Assembly: GCA_964535805.1 (NCBI GenBank)
Contig: CAZHUM010000001.1
Span: forward strand, 39,122-103,121
DNA: 64,000 nt
Direction of reading: 5' to 3'
From: an uncultured Thermoplasmata archaeon
Lineage (GTDB): Archaea > Thermoplasmatota > Thermoplasmata > Halarchaeoplasmatales > Halarchaeoplasmataceae
The notes beneath the pieces were generated by a model. The model did no database searches, was not told the DNA's origin, and worked only from the letters and a program-made list of their open reading frames with translations. Each line of letters starts with the position of its first letter. The stretch's first letter is position 1. Made by a program: the position numbers and the translations under genes. This document shows positions 42,301-52,800 of the stretch, one piece after another.

Positions 42301-45300
42301 GCACAAAATATAGAATCAATAATGCTGGGTGCTTTTTCTATGAACATAAGCGAAGAACAGGCCATGAGAGTGAAAAAAGATAGAGACGGTGACGGAACCT
42401 GGGATTACTTGATAGATAAAAACATAAAGATCGATACAGGTAATCTTACTGTTAACGTATTCGTAGATGAAAACAGAGATGAAAAATTCTCATTTGAAAA
42501 TGATACTTTAGTACCGGGTGAGATTACTATCGAGAACCAAAGAAGTGGTGTTGAATATGTTTCTGAAGAGAACAACGGAAGCCATACGTTCACCGGTATT
42601 TTACCAGGTAAATACAGAGTAACTACGGATGTCGAAGGCGGTATGTCTATTACCGATGTTTCAGTTAAAAGCGGAGCTGAAAATGAAGAGAGTATAATTC
42701 TGACCACCGGATCTATATCAGGAAACGTAGAAATGGATGCTGAAAACATGAATGCGAGCTCCATTGAACTGGTAGTTAAAAACGAAGAAGGAGGCGAGAT
42801 GATCACTAGTTCTATAGACCAGGGCGGCAATTATTCTATCGAACACCTCAGAATTGGAACATATTCAATTCATGTTAATACAGATGGTTTCGCGATAAGA
42901 GAAGGCGCTATTCGATTTATCATAGATGGAGAAGTGAGTTTGACGAAGAACTTCAACATATCCCGAGCTGAAAGGGTGAATTTGAGGACTAAAACGTCCA
43001 ATAAACTGCTCCCCTATCAAAAAATATCATTCATCGACAAAGAAAACTATCGATACTCCCAAACCATACAAACTGGTAAAGAGGGGAAAACAGAGATAAA
43101 ACTGCCCTTGGGAAAATACTTGGTATATGGGACCGTGCAAAGGGATAATAAGTTCTACGTACATATGAACACGATAGAAGTAACGGAGGAAGTCAACTAT
43201 ACTGCTGAGTTGGTAAGGGGATTCCAAGTCGAAGGTCAAGTTGATTCATCGGAGATAACGTCCAATATGGGGAGTAATATCTTGTTCAGCTTGGATGAGG
43301 ACAAACAGGGCTTGGCAGCCACAAACAGAGAAGGCCTGTACTCGTTAGTGGTGGAGCCCGGAGATTACAATATTTTCGGGTGGAACACGGTGGGTGCGAC
43401 CAGTTCTTCATTCTGGAAAACGGAAACCATCGACAGCGAAACGAAAATAGATTTCGAGACAAAGGTATCCTATCGTGCTAGTGGAAACGTTTACAGGGAC
43501 CTGAATCTAAACGGCCAATATGATAAAGGAGAGGGGATATCTACAGAGATCAAGGTCACTGTGTCGGGCAACAATTACTTCTTCGATTCAGGATTTGATG
43601 GGAATTATACACTGATCTTACCGGAAAAGGAATGTAGGATCACGTTCTCCAAAGCGGGATACATCCAAAAGAGTGTGATATACGACCCGGAGGTCGAATT
43701 TTCACGCAACATCAATATGAATGCTAAAAACTTGTCAGTACACGGAGATATAATCTGCAACAAGGAGTTCTCTTCACTACCCGTCAAATTTGATCCTTTG
43801 TCTAAAGGCGCTGTACTGAACGAGATATCCGTTAATAATTCTGAATACACAACAGGATTACAGCCGGGTGATTATGAAGTGACGATCTACTCTAGTCCGT
43901 CCGAAGGAGAAAGATACATCTACTCAACATTTGTAAGCCTTGAACCTGGTGAAGAGGATATAGAATTAGATCTTCCTGTTAAATACCAGGTGAGGATGAC
44001 GGGTAACATCTTCGGACCTGCAGGAGATAGTACATATGCAGAAATACGATTATCGGGCCCAGAGGTGCGCACCTTGTCGGGTAACGGCACGTATTCAGGC
44101 TATTTCGCACCGGGTAACTACACGCTATGGGCTGTGAATAAAGAAGAAGAACTAATCAATCAAACTGAGGTTTCACTTGTATCGCCTATACAGTTGAATA
44201 TCACCATGGAAGATGCCCATATATTTTCCCCGTTCGTTACCTTCGATGAAGAACCTAGGGATAACCTACCAATAATGTTCGAACAGATAGAAACGGGATT
44301 CGTGTTCAACCAAACGACGGATCCGGATGGAACCTTCAATTTACCGCTTGTAAGTGGGACATATGAAGTGACTGTGGATTACGAAACTACAGAACCCGTT
44401 GAAGGGGTTCTGAGAGATGTACGTTATCACTATTCGGACACCTTTGTGATCGACTCACACATGGCACCTGAGATAGCTTTGAACAGGGACATAATCAACG
44501 TTACTTTAGAGGGTGTACTCAAAGCAGATGATGAGACTGTCCAGGGGGCCACTATTGAATTCATAGCAAACGGCCCAGAATCCATGGATACAGAAGTCAC
44601 GACGGGGTCCGATGGGACTTATCAGCTTGATATCTCCCGGGGGTTATACACCGTCTATTGTCATGTGTCAGGAAGTAAAGGATTATATGCACAATTCAAC
44701 GAATTCATAATGCCCGAAGCTAATGAAACTTTGAACATCAATCTCTCCAAAGCATACAAGATAACAGGTAAAGTGAGTAAAGACTCTCAGGATGTCGAAG
44801 CCGACATCAAAGTTTCCTCTATGAAAGGGGTTGGTGAGAAGATATTCCACTCCGATAAAAATGGAGAGTATGAGATAGTACTCCCATCCGGGGAATACTT
44901 GATAACCGTGACTGAATCAGTGGGCGGAGATAACGTATATAAAGCATCAGAAAGGATAGAGTTGGAGTACAGCTTGAAAAAGAACTTTGTTCTCAAGATG
45001 GTCAAAGAATACGGTATCGAAACTGAAGAACTGATAGAAAAAACAGTAAAGCAGGGAGATAATATCAGTTTCGAGGTAAAAGTCAAGAACACTGGAAACA
45101 CTAAGGACACCTACGAGTTCTCGGCACCTAAAGCAATTTGGGACATTGAATTCACGCCTAAAAAGATGACTGTAGAAAACGGTAAAACCGACACTTTGAT
45201 AGTGGACGTTCACGTATCTGAAGACGCATCTGCAAATCATCCACCCATCTCTTTCAATATAGATTCTATGAACTCCGAAAAGGCAGAAGAAGTTACTCTT

Positions 45301-45804
45301 CCAATCGAAGTAAAACAGGTATACGGTGTCGATGTAGTTCCCGTCGCAATGAGAACGGTTTACGATAATGGTAAACTTACATACCGTGTGAAAGTTGAGA
45401 ACAGCGGAAACGGGGATGACAGCTATAAATTATCTCTGCTCAACAAAGGATACCTTGAATCACAGGGATGGGAAGCTTCAGTTAACAATGAAACGGAAAC
45501 GATCACGGATGGTGGCCAAGAAGAGATAGAAATAACACTTAAGGCGAGATCAAGTAAGCCCAGCAGGAAAGTTGATGTAGAGTTAGAAGTCGTTTCTAAT
45601 GGGGATTCATCGGTTTATGAAGAAGAAGTACTAGAGGTTGTCCTACCAGAGATTCAATCAAGTAGCGATAATTTCTCACTTCACGGAAAGAATCTTGCTA
45701 CTGAGAAAGAGAAACTGGAGATCACGACAGGTCAGTGGTCGGTTATAATCATACTGGTGTTGATCTCTACATTCTATGTGGCTAGGAAGAAGAGGTGGAT
45801 ATGA
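39349..45804 (+). CDS. aglB: Giant AglB/STT3 oligosaccharyltransferase (2,151 aa). It comprises a 13-TM STT3 core with a WWDYG periplasmic domain, then about 1,100 aa of tandem CarboxypepD_reg/Ig-like beta-sandwich repeats and a C-terminal TM anchor with a polybasic tail.
   Basis: GGSDAYYYGRI first-loop acidic motif, multi-TM N-terminus and FLSWWDYGFECAR motif. Repeated G-K/N-V-x-x-x-x-G-x-P-I-x-x-A-x-(L/V)-T-V and D-(E/G)-x-G-x-Y modules run from about residue 900 to 2,050. It ends ...WSVIIILVLISTFYVARKKRWI. AGGTGA RBS is present. Confidence 0.85.
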   Translation: MRFSLPNLSKKTETRKHVDESILEKHWGTIVSLLGIFFLAFFIRTYFAFDLATKYGTPYLLSGGSDAYYYGRIIDYIQTNHQHLTFDPLLNYPMGSRNPRPPIFAWSIVLIGHLLSPFVGSVNVGINYAFILSTGFWGALTIFPVYLIGRDTFGKKAGMAAAFLLAISSGHLQRSPITNGDHDAIYLFFIVTAFYFFMKALEGIPDEKNWISSYKDPSAIKNGLKQFVMENKRSLLYSGLSGMSIASVALIWKGYAYVIVILIVYYFIQLFIDRLRTRDSLGITACIGISIGLAFLVSSPYYLIVGIGPRYFDIPLLMFAAGFGVGIFLTVTRDWPWVLTFSIIIAGLVVFILLGLYVLPSLLTALTSGAGYFVQTKAISTIAEAQAPAFSNLVMSFGLVSFFLSIAGIGLAIWHFKNSWKTNFLLILLWTALAIYMAMSAARFIFNSSPAFALTAGWVIALVVDKTDFPAISKTFQSFKGDVLYGIWKSVKLRHATVAVFVVFMIMVPNAMYGMDSGIPYEEKEGYNKQIHRALPEPIRPEGYNASSGDNWYLGAFGYALDKPNEYWPASWEWLARQDNDKEPAERPGFLSWWDYGFECARQGDHPTVADNFLNGHQLAGNVLMAQNESEILALFITRELEDTYSKSDGFDDDIEEILIDYIGEEKTHELERTFKDPERYKEEVLSNPEKYHPRDEDLDRHNIKYARCMGMLSYEGLDTLGELYRDISLKIDKRIKYIAMDTRLFPFSGTNTGIFYAPAKLSGHRIYEEHGMRTPIDFYKVLLVDEQGNEYENPDKVPQEVSITDYKIDYQPAFFNSTLYRVFAGYSAQEIGEGEGIPGLDNQELQPMPSWNMTHFKLSYRTAYFNPYPRDEVRDHPDAWKAISYEKALEYHQDDNVTVDLSAQSYMRQGVVYLEHFDGALISGKVTTEEGEPIANARLTVLDDTATPHQMDYTDEDGSYSLKVPSGNISVIASVGGLSGGQRAQNIESIMLGAFSMNISEEQAMRVKKDRDGDGTWDYLIDKNIKIDTGNLTVNVFVDENRDEKFSFENDTLVPGEITIENQRSGVEYVSEENNGSHTFTGILPGKYRVTTDVEGGMSITDVSVKSGAENEESIILTTGSISGNVEMDAENMNASSIELVVKNEEGGEMITSSIDQGGNYSIEHLRIGTYSIHVNTDGFAIREGAIRFIIDGEVSLTKNFNISRAERVNLRTKTSNKLLPYQKISFIDKENYRYSQTIQTGKEGKTEIKLPLGKYLVYGTVQRDNKFYVHMNTIEVTEEVNYTAELVRGFQVEGQVDSSEITSNMGSNILFSLDEDKQGLAATNREGLYSLVVEPGDYNIFGWNTVGATSSSFWKTETIDSETKIDFETKVSYRASGNVYRDLNLNGQYDKGEGISTEIKVTVSGNNYFFDSGFDGNYTLILPEKECRITFSKAGYIQKSVIYDPEVEFSRNINMNAKNLSVHGDIICNKEFSSLPVKFDPLSKGAVLNEISVNNSEYTTGLQPGDYEVTIYSSPSEGERYIYSTFVSLEPGEEDIELDLPVKYQVRMTGNIFGPAGDSTYAEIRLSGPEVRTLSGNGTYSGYFAPGNYTLWAVNKEEELINQTEVSLVSPIQLNITMEDAHIFSPFVTFDEEPRDNLPIMFEQIETGFVFNQTTDPDGTFNLPLVSGTYEVTVDYETTEPVEGVLRDVRYHYSDTFVIDSHMAPEIALNRDIINVTLEGVLKADDETVQGATIEFIANGPESMDTEVTTGSDGTYQLDISRGLYTVYCHVSGSKGLYAQFNEFIMPEANETLNINLSKAYKITGKVSKDSQDVEADIKVSSMKGVGEKIFHSDKNGEYEIVLPSGEYLITVTESVGGDNVYKASERIELEYSLKKNFVLKMVKEYGIETEELIEKTVKQGDNISFEVKVKNTGNTKDTYEFSAPKAIWDIEFTPKKMTVENGKTDTLIVDVHVSEDASANHPPISFNIDSMNSEKAEEVTLPIEVKQVYGVDVVPVAMRTVYDNGKLTYRVKVENSGNGDDSYKLSLLNKGYLESQGWEASVNNETETITDGGQEEIEITLKARSSKPSRKVDVELEVVSNGDSSVYEEEVLEVVLPEIQSSSDNFSLHGKNLATEKEKLEITTGQWSVIIILVLISTFYVARKKRWI

Positions 45805-46577
45805 TGAAGTGGCAAGTGGTTGTTATCTTACTTGTTTTATTTGCCTCTCTCAGTTTTGGATATCTCGGAGACGGTGGTGCAAAATTATCTCAAGCGGGTG
45901 TAGATGTAAACATTAATGGCCCTACACGTGTATTTAAAAACCACACTGTTCAGTACGAAATAGAGATCGGTGGAAGTTTCGGTCTATATGCCCAGAATTG
46001 GAGTATATCCATAGAAGAATCCGATGAGTACAGTGTTGACCAGTACCAAAAACAATCTATAAAATCAAATACATTTCAACTGAACTTCACCACTATGAAA
46101 GAGGGGAAAGCTACCCTCAATATCAAAGGATTCTGCTCCGATGGTGAAGAGACCAGATACAGAGAGGCTTCTTTGGATATAAAGTCCGTTGAAGCCGTGA
46201 GTGTTTTCGTTGACCTAAAGAATACGAAGGATATCACGATGGGTGATTTGAAATTAGGACTTTTCATCGATGGAAAACTCCAAAACACTAAGATCGTCAG
46301 TACTTTGGAACCCGGAGAGACTAAAAACATACAGATCAACTGGTCCAAAGACGGGCTTGACGAGGGAGAGCACGAGCTCGAAGTTTGGGTCGACTACGGA
46401 TACAATGAAGACGATTCCTTCGTTAGGGACGAGCTTTTAGTTGAAAAGACGTTCTACATCCAGGGTGAGAACACACTATATGAATACGCCTGGTTGATGA
46501 TAGCTGCCGGAATATTAGGATTCCTCGGACTGTATTACTACCTCAATAGGAAGAAGAGAAGAAGACGACCCTGGTGA
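45795..46577 (+). CDS. Hypothetical exported protein with an N-terminal signal/anchor, a beta-sandwich (CARDB-like) region, and a C-terminal TM plus RKKRRRRPW tail.
   Basis: The start codon overlaps the aglB stop (ATGATGA). N-terminal hydrophobic helix. The C-terminal LMIAAGILGFLGLYYYLNRKKRRRRPW resembles a sorting or anchor signal. Confidence 0.45.
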   Translation: MDMMKWQVVVILLVLFASLSFGYLGDGGAKLSQAGVDVNINGPTRVFKNHTVQYEIEIGGSFGLYAQNWSISIEESDEYSVDQYQKQSIKSNTFQLNFTTMKEGKATLNIKGFCSDGEETRYREASLDIKSVEAVSVFVDLKNTKDITMGDLKLGLFIDGKLQNTKIVSTLEPGETKNIQINWSKDGLDEGEHELEVWVDYGYNEDDSFVRDELLVEKTFYIQGENTLYEYAWLMIAAGILGFLGLYYYLNRKKRRRRPW

Positions 46578-46602
46578 ATAGAAAACTAAAGAGAAGGGTA
46601 AG

Positions 46603-47679
46603 ATGAAAATTGCCGTCGTAGTAGGTACAAGACCAGAAATAATCAAGATGAGTCCGATTATCAGGGCACTTAATGAAAGGGGGATGGATCATGATGTGAT
46701 ACACACCGGTCAGCACTATGATCACGAAGTTTCCAACATATTTTTTCAAGAACTTGATTTAGATAAACCAGCAGTTAACCTAGATGTCGGTTCTGGTAAA
46801 CAAGGTGAGCAAACAGGACAAGCACTTATCGGGCTGGAAAGAACCTTCGATGAATTAGACATCGACGTTGTTCTAGTGCAGGGAGATACCAATACGGTTC
46901 TAGCCGGTGCTTTAGCAGGTGTCAAAATGGGGTTGACGGTAGGTCATGTAGAAGCGGGGCTGCGCTCTTACGATTACCGCATGCCCGAGGAGTACAACAG
47001 GAGATTGACAGACCATGCATCTAAACTGCTTTTCGCTCCTACGGAGCACAGCGCCGAACTCTTGAAGGAAGAAAATGTTTGGGGGGACATCTATGTCACG
47101 GGCAACACGGTGATCGACGCTTGCATACAGAATATGAAGATCGCCTCTGGAAAAGCTGAATTCGATTTCGATGTTCCTGAGGATTACGTACTGATAACTG
47201 CCCACCGAGCTGAGAACGTGGACGATGAAAGAGTGCTCAAAAATTTTATCCAAGTTTTCGAGGAAATCGATCGTGAGATGGTGTATCCCATACATCCACG
47301 AGCGAGGAAAATGTTCGAGAATTTTGGGTTATGGGATAGGTTGGTCGACGTCCCGGGGATGCATGTAGTAAAACCACAGGGATATCTTGAGTTCTTGCTC
47401 CTTATGAAAGGGTGTAGATACATATTAACGGATTCTGGCGGGATACAAGAAGAGGCGACGGCACCCAGCATCAAGAAAAAAGTTTTCGTGCTCAGGGAGT
47501 CAACAGAGAGGCCTGAAGCAGTGGACGCCGGACATGCAGAGGTTGTGGGAACTAGGAGTGAAGATATCGTCGCCGGTATCAGAGAGTTTGAAGGGGAAGA
47601 TTGGGATCCAAGGGAATGCCCCTACGGAAAGGGGGATGCAGGAGTAAGGATCGTAGAAATTATCTCTGAAGAGTGCTAG
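46603..47679 (+). CDS. wecB: UDP-N-acetylglucosamine 2-epimerase (non-hydrolysing).
   Basis: MKIAVVVGTRPEIIKMSPI, HTGQHYD, LVQGDTNTVLAGALAG, HVEAGLRS and DSGGIQEEA. Confidence 0.9.
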   Translation: MKIAVVVGTRPEIIKMSPIIRALNERGMDHDVIHTGQHYDHEVSNIFFQELDLDKPAVNLDVGSGKQGEQTGQALIGLERTFDELDIDVVLVQGDTNTVLAGALAGVKMGLTVGHVEAGLRSYDYRMPEEYNRRLTDHASKLLFAPTEHSAELLKEENVWGDIYVTGNTVIDACIQNMKIASGKAEFDFDVPEDYVLITAHRAENVDDERVLKNFIQVFEEIDREMVYPIHPRARKMFENFGLWDRLVDVPGMHVVKPQGYLEFLLLMKGCRYILTDSGGIQEEATAPSIKKKVFVLRESTERPEAVDAGHAEVVGTRSEDIVAGIREFEGEDWDPRECPYGKGDAGVRIVEIISEEC

Positions 47680-48497
47680 ATAAGGCCCTCATAAATCCCG
47701 ACTAAAATTTTTACTATTTTCTTTGGATCGTGATACTTTTGGACGAATTTACGCGGATTTTTTACCCTGTCGGGATCCTCGAATCCGTAGAAAGATGTGT
47801 ACTTTTGGGGAAAATCTGTGTAGGTTTTTAGACCACATGCCATCGCTTCTAGCCGCGCTAGAGAGACAGGGTCGACGAGGGCGCCTATCATCTTCTCGTA
47901 CCTGTTAAAGAGTTCAGGGAGCTCGTCGTGGGGTGTGAACGGCAGCATGTTTACGTTCCTTGGGAATTTGATCTCGTCGCCCCAGTTGATGCAGTCGTAT
48001 TTCTTCTTGGGGTCGATATGTTTGAGGATGCCGCTATTGTGTCTGAATCTGCCCAATAAAAGTATCTTTTCGGATTTTTCCGTTTCTTTAGGCTTGAATA
48101 ATTCCAGATCAACTGGATTCGGTAGATAAAGGCCCGTCGCCATCTCCATCAAATCCGGGGTACTCAACAAAACGATATCCGCCCTTTTCCGGATGTGGCT
48201 GCTGATTAACCTGTGGTGCAAGGGCAGTTTCTTTAGTCCTTCCGTGGCAACTAACCTCACATCACTCCCGTGACAATGTAATATGAATGGGATTTTTTTC
48301 CTTTTTGATTTTCTATAAGCCCGTATGACGGATTTCGTCAGTGCATAATGGCCGTGGACAACGTCGAATCCATCGATATCACCGGGTTCGTATCTAAGTT
48401 CTGGCTTAACACCGTAATCCTGAAAATGTTTGCTATAGGTCCGGTATATGTTCTGCATAGGGACTGCATCTTCAGAGCATACGTGAAGTACTTTCAT
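47676..48497 (-). CDS. Short GT-B fold (GT4-like) glycosyltransferase.
   Basis: The C-terminal SLARLEAMACGL matches the GT4 E-x7-E region, and the N-terminus has a Rossmann-like VLHV...HGH. Weak. Confidence 0.4.
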   Translation of the reverse strand: MKVLHVCSEDAVPMQNIYRTYSKHFQDYGVKPELRYEPGDIDGFDVVHGHYALTKSVIRAYRKSKRKKIPFILHCHGSDVRLVATEGLKKLPLHHRLISSHIRKRADIVLLSTPDLMEMATGLYLPNPVDLELFKPKETEKSEKILLLGRFRHNSGILKHIDPKKKYDCINWGDEIKFPRNVNMLPFTPHDELPELFNRYEKMIGALVDPVSLARLEAMACGLKTYTDFPQKYTSFYGFEDPDRVKNPRKFVQKYHDPKKIVKILVGIYEGLI

Positions 48498-48557
48498 TCG
48501 TTTTGGTGTAATAATTAAAGAGTAAATTACTCTTTTGGTTGTGAATTATATCAATAA

Positions 48558-49796
48558 CTAGGGGAATGGATAGCTCTCATCTATTAGATTTTTTATAGTG
48601 GTTTTGTTTTCATTTGAGATATCATTCCTTTCTCCTGGATCTTCCTTAAGATTGTAAAACTCTAGATTTTTGGTTTCTTCATCATAGATCAGTTTATAGT
48701 CGTCTTTGACAAATCCGTAGATGTTGTAATCCAATTTATCGGGATGTCCGATCAGATTAACATCTCCCTTCATACAGCTTCTGTTCCCTGCATGGCAGGC
48801 TCGAAGGGGGATCGAATCATCCTGGTTCGCTTCCTTTTCAAAGGTGTTGGATCCAGGTTTCATTATGGAAAGGAGTAATTCGGGTACATCTCTCAACTGT
48901 CTGATGGGCAGACTTGCTTCATTTTTGCTCTTCACCTTGACGACCAGGGGAACTCGAACCAATTCTTCATACAACTGTGCTGGATGCCCTAAAAATCCGT
49001 GCTCATAGAAACCCTCTCCGTGATCTGCAGTTATTATCAGGTCGGTGGTGTCCCACAAATTCTGATTTTTTAACATTTCACACAGCGATCTGATCTGGAT
49101 GTCCGTCCATCTTACGCAATCGTTATACAGCTGTCTTAAATCTTTCAAGGTTTTTTCGTCTCCTAGATCATGCAATCTATGCTCTTTTCTAAATTTGTTG
49201 AGACGTACGATATCGCTATAGTTGAACTTGGTATTTTCTAATGGAGGTGTGTATGGATAATGGGTATCCATGAGATGCAGCCATAGGAAAACGGGCTCGT
49301 TGCGTGTTAATACTCTGGTTGCATCTTCAATCGCCACTCCACTGCCCCAAGCTGAGGTTATATCTTCCTTAAAATACCATTTATACACATCTTTAAGATC
49401 CCTCAGAAATTTTGGAGCTTTATCGATCATGGATGATGCGCTCACTCTTCTTTTGGCCCGTAAAGAAGACATGTAATCCTCGAAAAATGAAAAACCTTTC
49501 TGATATCCGGAGAGGCTTGATATGTATGGGTTATTGGCCACCACGCCCGCTGTTCTATAGCCCCTTTCTCTGTAAAGCTCAACAATTGTGGGGGATATTA
49601 TCTTGGGTTTATCGAAAAAGGGGTGATAATTCATATTGAACAAACTGGGGAAGGAGAAGGGTGTGGAAGGACCGTTTGCATAAACTTTGGATATGTGTGC
49701 ACCCTCCTTCCTTAGAGCTGAAAGGTCGGGCATGATGGACAGCGCATCAGCTCTTAGCGAATCGACAGTCAGGAGTATGACTTTATGCTCAGCCAT
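48558..49796 (-). CDS. Alkaline-phosphatase superfamily (sulfatase-fold) protein lacking the C/S-x-P-x-R formylglycine motif.
   Basis: VILLTVDSLRADAL metal-binding N-terminus. There is no CxPxR motif, so it is probably not a true sulfatase. The start was placed at the internal ATG (MAEHKVILLTV). Confidence 0.55.
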   Translation of the reverse strand: MAEHKVILLTVDSLRADALSIMPDLSALRKEGAHISKVYANGPSTPFSFPSLFNMNYHPFFDKPKIISPTIVELYRERGYRTAGVVANNPYISSLSGYQKGFSFFEDYMSSLRAKRRVSASSMIDKAPKFLRDLKDVYKWYFKEDITSAWGSGVAIEDATRVLTRNEPVFLWLHLMDTHYPYTPPLENTKFNYSDIVRLNKFRKEHRLHDLGDEKTLKDLRQLYNDCVRWTDIQIRSLCEMLKNQNLWDTTDLIITADHGEGFYEHGFLGHPAQLYEELVRVPLVVKVKSKNEASLPIRQLRDVPELLLSIMKPGSNTFEKEANQDDSIPLRACHAGNRSCMKGDVNLIGHPDKLDYNIYGFVKDDYKLIYDEETKNLEFYNLKEDPGERNDISNENKTTIKNLIDESYPFP

Positions 49797-49854
49797 GGCG
49801 TGTAAATCGAATAGATATTTAAATAAATATCCCAATAAAATATATTTAAACGAC

Positions 49855-52800
49855 CTAATAATCCACGGACCAATCTACGGGGGCATCCGCCCCATTATAG
49901 ACCCAATATGCTCTACCTTTTACCAAAACCTCGGTTGAAAGGTCTTGGATGTACTCCAGATTGTAGGGGGCCCATTCATTATAAACACCGAGTTTCGTGA
50001 TCTCTGATGGGAGGGTATTTGAGGCGATTTTATTAGATTCGGATGGATATCCTACCATGTTCCATCCTGGTTTCAATTCGATCTTTGTTCTGTATGGGTG
50101 ATGACCCTGGATGGTTAGTGTGTCGTTCTTCGTCATGTGTATCCAAATACCCATGGTATGATCCCATGTGTTAAGGTCGTTATAATGACTCGATCTACCC
50201 GCGGCGAACGTTTTCCACTCTCCATCTGTGCTGTCATAGTACATCACTTTATCGTAACTTCCTTCTATACCCCTTTCTGGGGCGTTCAACATTGATTCTA
50301 TGCTCTTATCTTTCGGAACTAAATTTGTAGAGATAAAATTCCATCCTTCTGATGCCCCGCTTGATCCTAGTGTGATATTGTGTGTCAAACTCCTTCTAGC
50401 TTCGTAATATCGGTCCCATAAAAAACTTCGGAAGGGATTGTAATGAACGTAGAGGAATCCTATCACCTCGGGATCGTTGGTCAATCTGTCCGTATCTATT
50501 TGGAACCAGTTGAACGTTCCGTCGTCGTTGAAAAATATATTGGAATATTTGATATTATCTATCTTAGAAACGTTCCTACCGGTGGTATTGTAAAGTGAGC
50601 TCCATGAGTTATATGTCGTGATCGTTGCACTTCCTCCGTTGTGTGTATCGATGGCAGACCTGATAGTGAGATGTTGTTCTACATAATCTGTGTAGTTATC
50701 GATCGTCTTGGATATGTTGTCCCAGTTAAGGTATGTATTTGTTCTGGCAAGTTCTTTGGCAGCTAGTGCACCATACTTCATGCTCCTTCGTCTCCATGGG
50801 TCCGGCTCATCTAGATAACTAAAATATGCCCAAGTGCCCTTGGAATCGCCGGTGTATATCTGATCGTTGATTATGTATCGAATACAAGTCCTCATGTGTG
50901 GTAAAAGCCTATCGTCGTGATAGTAACTGCTGTTCAAGTTTTCATCGAAGTACGCTTGTGTGAATAACCTGCCAAGTTTACTATAACCATTTACGTAAAC
51001 AAATGGATGGTCTTTGTTCACCCCTTTTATCCCCCCTGAACCGTTGTTGGGTTCCGTGGATGTCCATGGCACGGTGTAGTTGATTCCACCATGATATGTG
51101 ATATTGTCCATGGCCACCTTGTTCAAAATAAAATCGATGACCGTATCGAATGCATTTAGATACGTTTCATTGTGTGTGTAAAAATATGCATCCTGCAGGG
51201 CCAAAGCGGCTCTAACGTTTCTATGTGTGTTCCATTCCTCGTATGTATCTTCAAATAGTCCTCTTACTTCGTAAACCGTACTAAAATTGTACAGACCCCA
51301 CTCATCCCTGAAGCTCAAGGCGTAATCGAATTGTTTTTCTCCTCTTTCAAGATAGCTATCGTTACCGGTGCGTGCGTGAGCACCGTAGTATGCAAGTCCC
51401 ATCTCCATCAATATATCAGGCAGCCAATCTTCGTAGATCGTATAATACCCGTCGGCATCTTCGTTCTTTACCCCCCATTCCATCATCTGCAGGCATTTTT
51501 CTGTTTTGTTCTTATAGGGCACGATGGTTTCGTTGTAATAACCGGCGAAGAAAACGTCTGACCACGCCTTGAGGTTGTCATCTGTAATGGATCGAACCGG
51601 GTCGATTTCAGCGCGTATCTTATCATATCCTTCAACCTCTGGAATCCAATCTACTGATATTTTTTCAGACGCATCCGGTGACACGGAGATACTCTTTTGT
51701 GCGATCGGAATTTCTCTGTAATAGAACGTAACATTACCTTGGTAGTTTTGTGTAAGATTACTGGTGACGGAAACGGATAAAGTTATGTTCTGCGGACCCA
51801 TAGAATTATTTATGGGTACGAAAGAGGTGGGATCGGTGGTGACGTTGGTAAGGTAAATCCTTTCCGTGGTTGAGGTGTTAAGAGAGATGAAATTATAAGA
51901 GGAGGGTGAGAAGTAAGTAGTTTTATTGTCCGCTGTTATCCCGAAAATATTTTTTTGTGAATATGTGCTGCCGTTAGTCCTCCATATGAATGGTATCTCG
52001 TGTAATCTACCGATGTCATCGGTCCAGTAGGTTCTCTCACTACCGCCCTCCTTTGGGAAAATTTTTACTTCATGATTTTCGAGTATATCGCTACCGTTCT
52101 TCACCAGAAAGTCATGATAGTAGCCTTTCTTGATACGCCCGCCAGATGTTATCTCCCAGTCATCTATGGTGCAGTTCATCAGAGTTAAATTCCCACTGCT
52201 GGTCACGCTAGCATCGTATTCCCAGTTATCATAGAATGTAGAATTCGTGATGTTCACGAAATTGGTCCCGCTCGATAGTAGAATTCCTGTACTGTCAAAA
52301 TTTTTAAAGGTTATATTATTGAGATATTGGTCGGTTATATCTCCGGCGGCATAGAAAACCAGTCCGTTTAACCCGCTGGACAGTATGGTGTTCACTATTT
52401 CTACACCAGTACCATAGATCTCTATCCCCCTTTTACCTACGTTATTACCCCACCCCGTGTCCATTATATGGCTCCCTTCAACGTACAAAGTACCGGATTC
52501 GTTCTTATGTATGTTGTATCGGTTCTCTCCTTCCCACCACCTCTTTTCCTCGGGCTTGCCCGCTATCTCTGAGCGAGTTATGTTAACCCCTCCGGTTGAG
52601 TTTATCTGGAAGGTTTTTTCGTTATCAAAATATAGGGTCTCATCCGTTATATTCAACCATCCTTGAACCGTAAGATTCGCATAACAATACCCCGTGCGGT
52701 TTGGACTGTCGTAGTAGAAAACGGTTTCATCGCCAACATCAGTGTATATCGATGAGAGTGAATTACCTCCTCCAAACACATAGATCGTATCATGGGATGA

